NCBI RefSeq assembly: GCF_001598795.1
Contig: NZ_BCZP01000011.1
Location: forward strand, 90,001 to 122,000
DNA from: Delftia acidovorans NBRC 14950
GTDB taxonomy: Bacteria > Pseudomonadota > Gammaproteobacteria > Burkholderiales > Burkholderiaceae_C
Length of the DNA: 32,000 nt
Reading direction: 5' to 3'
A program made the translations under genes and the position numbers. Positions 26,421-32,000 of this stretch are shown here, in pieces (position 1 is the first letter of the stretch; every line of letters starts with the position of its first letter). A model generated the notes under the pieces. It was not told the DNA's origin. It made no database searches and saw only the letters and a list, made by a program, of their open reading frames with translations.

Positions 26421-27059
26421 ATGAGCGACGAATCCCGCATCCGCGAGCAGATCTGCGCCACCGGCGCCAGCCTCTACCAGCGCGGCTACACCGTCGGCGC
26501 GGCCGGCAACATCAGCGCGCGCCTGCATGACGGCTGGCTGATCACCCCCACCGACGCCTGCCTGGGCCGGCTCGACCCGGCCGAGCTGTCCAAGGTCGAC
26601 GCCAGCGGGCAGTGGGTCAGCGGCGCCAAGCCTTCCAAGACCCTGGTCCTGCATCGGGGCATATACGGCAACGACGGCGAGGCGCGCGCCGTCATCCACA
26701 CGCATTCCACGCATCTGGTGGCGCTGACGCTGTCCGGCGTCTGGCGCGAGGACGAGGTGCTGCCGCCCATCACCCCCTACCAGGTCATGAAGGTGGGCCG
26801 CATCCCGCTGATCCGCTACCGCCGGCCCGGCGATCCGCAGGCCGCCGCCGAGGTGGCCGCGCTGGCCGGCCAGGTGCGCGGCGCCTTGTTCGAGCGCCTG
26901 GGCCCCGTGGTCTGGGAACGCTCGGTGGAGCAGGCCAGCCATGTGCTGGAAGAGCTGGAGGAGACCGCAAGGCTCTGGCTCATGACCCATCCCCGGCCGC
27001 AGCCCCTGGACGCGGCCGCCATCGACGAGCTGCGCACCACCTTCGGGGCGCGCTACTGA
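26421..27059 (+). CDS. otnC: Class II aldolase/adducin-family protein, 3-oxo-tetronate 4-phosphate decarboxylase (YgbL-like)
   Basis: YQRGYTVGAAGNISARL...WLITPT and the His cluster VIHTHSTH are class II aldolase features. The functional name comes from the gene neighbourhood with DUF1537 kinase, denD, ltnD and otnI. Confidence 0.8.
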   Translation: MSDESRIREQICATGASLYQRGYTVGAAGNISARLHDGWLITPTDACLGRLDPAELSKVDASGQWVSGAKPSKTLVLHRGIYGNDGEARAVIHTHSTHLVALTLSGVWREDEVLPPITPYQVMKVGRIPLIRYRRPGDPQAAAEVAALAGQVRGALFERLGPVVWERSVEQASHVLEELEETARLWLMTHPRPQPLDAAAIDELRTTFGARY

Positions 27060-27133
27060 TTTGCACCGCGGCGCCCACGGCCGCATTCCACCACCCAGCC
27101 CATCCACAGCCGCGCAGCCGCCAGGCGGCGCAT

Positions 27134-27157
27134 CAAGCGGCGAACCAAGCGGCGAAC
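27134..27157 (+). repeat. Perfect 12-nt tandem duplication (caagcggcgaac x2) in the otnC-MFS intergenic spacer
   Basis: Read directly. It is followed by a partial third copy (ccaaggg) that merges into the MFS ribosome-binding site agggaga. Confidence 0.8.
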
Positions 27158-27173
27158 CCAAGGGAGACTTGAA

Positions 27174-28505
27174 ATGACGACAACGGATATCGCATCCGGC
27201 CAGGCCGGGGCCCACCCTGCCCAGGCCGACTCTGCAGAGACGGCGCGCGCCTACGCCAAAGTGTTCTGGCGCCTCGTGCCGTTCCTGATGCTGTGCTATG
27301 TGATCGCCTACCTCGACCGCGTGAACGTGGGCTTTGCCAAGCTGCAGATGTCCCAGGACCTGGGCTTCAGCGAGACCGTGTTCGGCCTGGGCGCAGGCGT
27401 GTTCTTCATCGGCTACTTCCTCTTCGAGGTGCCCAGCAACCTGCTCATGCACCGCCTGGGCGCGCGCGTCTGGATCGCCCGCATCATGATCACCTGGGGC
27501 ATTCTGTCGGCCATGTTCATGTATGTGGAAACGCCCACGGGCTTCTACATCCTGCGCTTTCTGCTGGGCCTGGCCGAGGCGGGCTTCTACCCCGGCGTGA
27601 TCCTGTACCTGACCTACTGGTACCCGGCCCACCGGCGCGCCAAGATCGTGGCGCTGTTCATGTCGGCCATCCCAGTGGCCGGCATCTTCGGCAACCCGCT
27701 GTCGGGCTGGATCATGCAGGCCTTCCACGGCGACCATGGCCTGCACGGCTGGCAGTGGATGTTCCTGATCGAGGCCATCCCCGCCCTGGTGATCGGCGTG
27801 GTGACCATCTTCTATCTGGACAACGGCATCTCCAGCGCCAAGTGGCTGACGGCGTCCGAAAAGCAGCTGCTGGCGCGCGAGATCGAGCTGGACCAGCAGC
27901 ACTCAGGCGCCCAGAAGCATTCGCTCAAGGCCGTGTTCGCCGACCGCCGCGTCTGGTGGATGTGCCTGATCTACTTCGCCTTTGTCGCCGGCCAATACGG
28001 GCTGACCTTCTGGATGCCCACGCTGATCAAGTCCACGGGCGTCACGGGCGCGCTGAACATCGGCCTGCTCAGTGCCATCCCCTTCCTGTGCGCCATCGTG
28101 GTGATGAACCTCATGGGCCACAGCGCCGACAAGCGCCGCGAGCGCCGCTGGCACCTGATCGTGCCCGCGCTGATGGGCGCCGTGGGTTTTGCGATGACGG
28201 CCTTCTTCGCCGACAACACCGTTCTTTCCCTGATCTTCCTGTCGCTGGCCGCAGCCGGCGTGCTGACCTGCGCGCCGCTGTTCTGGTCGCTGCCCACGGC
28301 CTTCCTGTCGGGCACGGCGGCGGCGGCGGGCATTGCCATCGTCAACTCGGTCGGCAACCTCGCGGGCTTCGCCAGCCCTTACATGATCGGCTACCTCAAG
28401 GACCTGACCCAGTCCACGCAGGCCGGCATGTTCGTGCTGGCGGGGGTGCTCGTGGTGGGCGCCATCGCGGTCTGGCTCACCCCCGCAAAGATGGTCAACC
28501 GCTGA
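27174..28505 (+). CDS. MFS transporter, anion:cation symporter (ACS) family, probable acid-sugar importer
   Basis: It is about 12 TM segments long. YLDRVNVGFAKLQM and LRFLLGLAEAGFYPG motifs are typical of ACS-family transporters (tartrate/galactonate/hexuronate type). AGGGAGA lies 6 nt upstream. Confidence 0.85.
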   Translation: MTTTDIASGQAGAHPAQADSAETARAYAKVFWRLVPFLMLCYVIAYLDRVNVGFAKLQMSQDLGFSETVFGLGAGVFFIGYFLFEVPSNLLMHRLGARVWIARIMITWGILSAMFMYVETPTGFYILRFLLGLAEAGFYPGVILYLTYWYPAHRRAKIVALFMSAIPVAGIFGNPLSGWIMQAFHGDHGLHGWQWMFLIEAIPALVIGVVTIFYLDNGISSAKWLTASEKQLLAREIELDQQHSGAQKHSLKAVFADRRVWWMCLIYFAFVAGQYGLTFWMPTLIKSTGVTGALNIGLLSAIPFLCAIVVMNLMGHSADKRRERRWHLIVPALMGAVGFAMTAFFADNTVLSLIFLSLAAAGVLTCAPLFWSLPTAFLSGTAAAAGIAIVNSVGNLAGFASPYMIGYLKDLTQSTQAGMFVLAGVLVVGAIAVWLTPAKMVNR

Positions 28506-28548
28506 CCGGCCTTTCTTCCCATCCTTCAAGCTCCAAGCCCCAAGACAC

Positions 28549-29529
28549 ATGAAAGTACTGATCACCGGCGGCGCCGGATTCCTGGGCCAGCGCCTGGCCC
28601 GCAAGCTGCTCGAACAAGGCTCGCTGACGCTGGCCGGCACCCGCTGGCCCATCCACCAGATCGACCTGCTCGACGTGGTGGCCACCCACGCCATTGACGA
28701 CACGCGCGTGCGCTCCCTGGTGGGCGACATTGCCGACCCGCAGGTGCTGCGCGGCGCCATAGACCAGGACACGGCCGTGATCTTCCATCTGGCCGCTGTG
28801 GTCAGCGGCCAGGCCGAGGCCGACTTCGACCTGGGCATGCGCATCAACCTCGATGCCTCGCGCGCCCTGCTGGAGACCTGCCGCGCCGTGGGCCACATGC
28901 CGCGCGTGGTCTTCACCAGCTCGGTGGCCGTCTACGGGGGCGACCTGCCCGACACCGTGCTGGACGGCACGGCACTGAACCCGCAGTCCTCCTACGGCAC
29001 GCAAAAAGCCATTGCCGAGCTGCTGCTGGCCGACTACACGCGGCGCGGCTTTGTCGACGGCCGCGTGCTGCGCCTGCCCACGATCAGCGTGCGCCCGGGC
29101 CGGCCCAATGCGGCGGCCTCGTCGTTTGCCAGCGGCATCATCCGCGAGCCCCTCAACGGCGAAGCGGCCAACTGCCCCGTGGGTGCCACCACGCGCCTGT
29201 GGCTGCTGTCCCCGCGCCGCGCCGTCGAGGCCCTGGTCGCAGGCTGCGAACTCGATGCCAGCGCCGTCGCCGACCGCCGCCCCATCAACCTGCCCGGCGT
29301 GTCCGTCAGCGCAGGCGACATGGTGCGCGCGCTGCGCGAAGTGGCTGGCGACGAAGTGGCCAACCGCGTGAGCTGGCAGCCCGACGACAAGGTCGAGCGC
29401 ATCGTTGGCAGCTGGCCCGGCCGCTGGGATACCACGCGCGCCAACCAGCTGGGCCTGCGCGGCGACGAGGACTTTGCGGCCATCGTGCGCGCCTACATCG
29501 CCGATGACCTGACACCGGCCAAGCCATGA
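28549..29529 (+). CDS. denD: NAD-dependent epimerase/dehydratase-family protein, probable D-erythronate dehydrogenase
   Basis: It has the Rossmann motif MKVLITGGAGFLG and the SDR catalytic SSYGTQK (YxxxK). The functional name comes from context in the otn cluster. Confidence 0.75.
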   Translation: MKVLITGGAGFLGQRLARKLLEQGSLTLAGTRWPIHQIDLLDVVATHAIDDTRVRSLVGDIADPQVLRGAIDQDTAVIFHLAAVVSGQAEADFDLGMRINLDASRALLETCRAVGHMPRVVFTSSVAVYGGDLPDTVLDGTALNPQSSYGTQKAIAELLLADYTRRGFVDGRVLRLPTISVRPGRPNAAASSFASGIIREPLNGEAANCPVGATTRLWLLSPRRAVEALVAGCELDASAVADRRPINLPGVSVSAGDMVRALREVAGDEVANRVSWQPDDKVERIVGSWPGRWDTTRANQLGLRGDEDFAAIVRAYIADDLTPAKP

Positions 29530-30458
29530 GCAACGACACCTCCACACCACAGCCCGCAGCACGCGCCGTCGGCGTGATCGGCCTGGGCGCCATGGGCGCC
29601 GGCATGGCGCAAAGCCTGCGCCGCGCCGGCCACCACGTTCACGTCCACGACATCCGCCCCGAGGCCGCAGCCGCCTTCGCCGCCGACGGTGGCACGGCCT
29701 GCGCCACGCTGGCCGACATGGCCGCCGCCTGCCGCATCGTTGTCAGCGTGGTGGTCAACGCCCAGCAGACCGAGGCCGTGCTGTTCGGCGAAGGCGGCAT
29801 CGCCCCTGCGCTGCAGCCCGGCTCCGTCTTCGTCATGTGCTCCACCGTGGACCCCAACTGGTCCGTGGCGCTGGAGGCCAGGCTGCAGGCGCAGGGCGTG
29901 CACTACATCGACGCGCCCATCTCCGGCGGCGCGGCCAAGGCAGCGTCGGGCCAGATGACCATGATGACGGCCGCCCGCCCCGAGGCCTATGCCGCCTGCC
30001 AAGGCGTGCTCGACGCCATGGCCGCCAAGGTCTACCGCCTGGGCCACAGCGCGGGCGCGGGCAGCAAGGTCAAGATCATCAACCAGCTGCTGGCCGGCGT
30101 GCACATTGCCGCAGCGGCCGAGGCCATGGCCCTGGGCCTGCGCGAAGGCGTCGATGCCGCCGCGCTCTACGAGGTCATCACCCACAGCGCCGGCAACAGC
30201 TGGATGTTCGAGAACCGCATGGCCCACGTGCTGGCCGGCGACTACACCCCGCTGTCGGCCGTGGACATCTTCGTCAAGGACCTGGGCCTGGTGCTGGACA
30301 CCGCGCGCCACAGCAAATTCCCGCTGCCCCTGGCCTCCACGGCCCACCAGATGTTCATGCAGGCATCCACCGCCGGCCATGGCCGCGAGGACGACAGCGC
30401 CGTCATCAAGATCTTCCCGGGCATCACCCTGCCCCAGGCCTCATCGGAATCCCCATGA
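29526..30458 (+). CDS. ltnD: 3-hydroxyisobutyrate dehydrogenase-family oxidoreductase, probable L-threonate dehydrogenase (YgbJ-like)
   Basis: Motifs: [21 protein letters not shown] and [13 protein letters not shown]. It has an ATGA overlap with denD (29526-29529). Confidence 0.75.
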   Translation: MSNDTSTPQPAARAVGVIGLGAMGAGMAQSLRRAGHHVHVHDIRPEAAAAFAADGGTACATLADMAAACRIVVSVVVNAQQTEAVLFGEGGIAPALQPGSVFVMCSTVDPNWSVALEARLQAQGVHYIDAPISGGAAKAASGQMTMMTAARPEAYAACQGVLDAMAAKVYRLGHSAGAGSKVKIINQLLAGVHIAAAAEAMALGLREGVDAAALYEVITHSAGNSWMFENRMAHVLAGDYTPLSAVDIFVKDLGLVLDTARHSKFPLPLASTAHQMFMQASTAGHGREDDSAVIKIFPGITLPQASSESP

Positions 30459-31738
30459 CCCTTCTTCTGGGCTGCATAGCCGACGACTTCACGGGCGCCA
30501 CCGATCTGGCGAACAACCTGGTGCGCGCAGGCATGCGCGTGGTGCAAAGCATTGGCGTGCCTGCCGGCCCGGTGGACGAGGGCGTGGACGCCGTCGTTGT
30601 CGCGCTCAAGTCGCGCACCATCGCGCCGGCCGATGCCATTGCGCAATCGCTGCAGGCCCTCGAATGGCTGCAGGCCCAGGGCGCCAATGGCCGCGCGCCG
30701 CAGATCTACTTCAAGTACTGCTCCACCTTCGACAGCACGCCGCAGGGCAACATCGGCCCCGTGACCGATGCGCTGATGGACGCGCTGGGCTGTGGCTTCA
30801 CCATCGCCACGCCGGCCTTCCCCGACAACCAGCGCACCGTCTTCAAGGGCCACCTGTTCGTGGGCGATGTGCTGCTCAGCGACAGCGGCATGCGCAACCA
30901 CCCGCTCACCCCCATGACCGATGCCAACCTGGTGCGCGTGCTGCAGGCGCAGACACGGCGCAAGGTGGGGCTGATCGACCATGTGGCCGTCGCGCAGGGC
31001 GAGGCCGCCATCCGCGCGCGCATCGCCGCACTCCAGGCCGAGGGCGTGGGCATGGCCGTGGTCGATGCCGTATCCAACGACGACCTGCTGCGCCTGGGGC
31101 CGGTGCTGGCCGGCATGCCCCTGGTCACGGCCGGCTCGGGCGTTGCCATCGGCCTGCCCGCGAACTTCGGCATCCAGCCCACGGCCCAGGCCGCTGCCCT
31201 GCCAACCGCCACCGGCCTGCAGGCGGTCGTCTCGGGCAGTTGCTCGGTGGCCACCAATGCACAGGTGGCGCACTTCATCGCCTCGGGCCGCCCTGCCCTG
31301 GCGCTGGAGCCCCTGCGCATCGCCGCCGGCGAGGACGAAGCCGGCAAGGCCCTGGCCTGGGCCCGCCAGCACATCGCCAGCGGCCCCGTGCTGATCTACT
31401 CCACCGCCGAATCCGCGGCCGTCAAGGCCGTGCAGGGCCGCCTGGGCGTGGAGCAGGCCGGCGCACTGGTCGAACAGACCATCGCCGCCATCGCCCGGGG
31501 GCTGGTCGAGATGGGCGTGCGCCAGCTCGTCGTGGCCGGCGGAGAAACCTCGGGCGCCTGCGTGCAGGCGCTGGGCATCGAGCAGATGCGCATAGGGCCG
31601 CAGATCGACCCTGGCGTGCCCTGGTGCCATGCCGCCTCGCTCCTGGCGCCGCAGGGCCTGCACCTCACGCTCAAGTCCGGCAACTTCGGCACCACGGACT
31701 TCTTCACCAAGGCCTTCGGCGCGTTGCAGCGCGCCTGA
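30455..31738 (+). CDS. otnK: Four-carbon acid-sugar kinase (DUF1537; 3-oxo-tetronate kinase, YgbK-like)
   Basis: The start was trimmed to the ATG at 30455 ([23 protein letters not shown]), the DUF1537 N-terminal motif. It has an ATGA overlap with ltnD. C-terminal motifs are VVAGGETSG and LKSGNFG. Confidence 0.8.
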   Translation: MTLLLGCIADDFTGATDLANNLVRAGMRVVQSIGVPAGPVDEGVDAVVVALKSRTIAPADAIAQSLQALEWLQAQGANGRAPQIYFKYCSTFDSTPQGNIGPVTDALMDALGCGFTIATPAFPDNQRTVFKGHLFVGDVLLSDSGMRNHPLTPMTDANLVRVLQAQTRRKVGLIDHVAVAQGEAAIRARIAALQAEGVGMAVVDAVSNDDLLRLGPVLAGMPLVTAGSGVAIGLPANFGIQPTAQAAALPTATGLQAVVSGSCSVATNAQVAHFIASGRPALALEPLRIAAGEDEAGKALAWARQHIASGPVLIYSTAESAAVKAVQGRLGVEQAGALVEQTIAAIARGLVEMGVRQLVVAGGETSGACVQALGIEQMRIGPQIDPGVPWCHAASLLAPQGLHLTLKSGNFGTTDFFTKAFGALQRA

Positions 31739-31773
31739 TGCCACACTCAGCCTCCGTTTTCAGGAAAGCTTTC

Positions 31774-32000
31774 ATGCCCCGTTTCGCCGCCAACCTGTCC
31801 ATGCTCTACAACGACCTGGACTTTCTTGACCGCTTCGAGGCCGCCGCGCGCGACGGCTTCCAGGCCGTCGAATACCTGTTTCCCTACGACTTTGCCCCCG
31901 AGCAACTGGCCCGCCGCCTGCAGGACCACGGCCTGCAGCAGGTGCTGTTCAACGCCCCGCCCGGCGACTGGAACGCGGGCGAGCGCGGCCTGGCCTGCAT
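31774..32000 (+). CDS. otnI: Hydroxypyruvate isomerase-family protein, probable 2-oxo-tetronate isomerase (YgbM-like), 3'-truncated by the window edge
   Basis: The ATG at 31774 gives [40 protein letters not shown]..., the typical N-terminus of Hyi/OtnI TIM-barrel proteins. The frame is still open at base 32000. Confidence 0.7.
   Translation, partial: MPRFAANLSMLYNDLDFLDRFEAAARDGFQAVEYLFPYDFAPEQLARRLQDHGLQQVLFNAPPGDWNAGERGLAC

Noticed and set aside
26415-28916. 495-aa and 337-aa minus-strand ORFs antisense to otnC and the MFS transporter
   Set aside because: They have the same low-complexity antisense character. The plus-strand frames encode coherent TM helices and class II aldolase motifs.
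1-32000. Looked for CRISPR arrays, tRNA/rRNA genes, IS elements/transposases, integrases, prophage genes, restriction-modification or toxin-antitoxin pairs
   Set aside because: - No spaced repeat arrays, cloverleaf-like conserved tRNA boxes or terminal inverted repeats were seen.
- No translated ORF shows DDE/tyrosine-recombinase, methylase or phage structural motifs.
- A covariance-model or HMM scan would be needed for certainty on small RNAs.

Overview
This is a high-G+C, gene-dense chromosomal segment. The gene content suggests a Burkholderiales/Comamonadaceae-like betaproteobacterium: four Bug/TctC-type solute receptors, mostly beside a divergent LysR or LuxR regulator, plus a fimU-pilVWXY1E-style pilus block. 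That taxon call is inference. All protein family calls come from motifs I recognise in the supplied translations; no search was run.

Layout, left to right:
1. 3' half of a type IV pilus minor-pilin operon, pilW (5'-truncated)-pilX-pilY1-pilE.
2. A DUF2721 membrane protein.
3. LysR <> Bug + M20/AbgB-like amidohydrolase.
4. A DUF3149 microprotein that is absent from the ORF track.
5. slyX, translationally coupled to an aminotransferase.
6. Bug + amidase <> LysR.
7. A solitary YhcG/DUF1016 PD-(D/E)XK nuclease gene.
8. nth.
9. Bug + DUF3237 <> LuxR-type regulator.
10. Bug <> LysR.
11. GNAT <> MocR-type regulator.
12. An isolated cobT.
13. A FadR/GntR regulator followed by a complete-looking four-carbon acid-sugar (D-erythronate/L-threonate) catabolic cluster, otnC-MFS-denD-ltnD-otnK-otnI, with otnI cut by the window end.

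I found no CRISPR array, tRNA/rRNA, transposase, integrase, phage gene, restriction-modification pair or obvious toxin-antitoxin pair, and I cannot point to a convincing novel multi-gene system. The most second-look-worthy items are:
- the lone DUF1016 nuclease with compositionally odd flanks, including a 39-nt homopurine tract;
- the DUF3237-Bug-LuxR module of unknown function;
- the density of orphan Bug receptors with different enzyme partners;
- several clean inverted repeats in divergent promoter regions that look like operators.

Many long ORFs in the track are high-G+C antisense or off-frame artefacts and were rejected.
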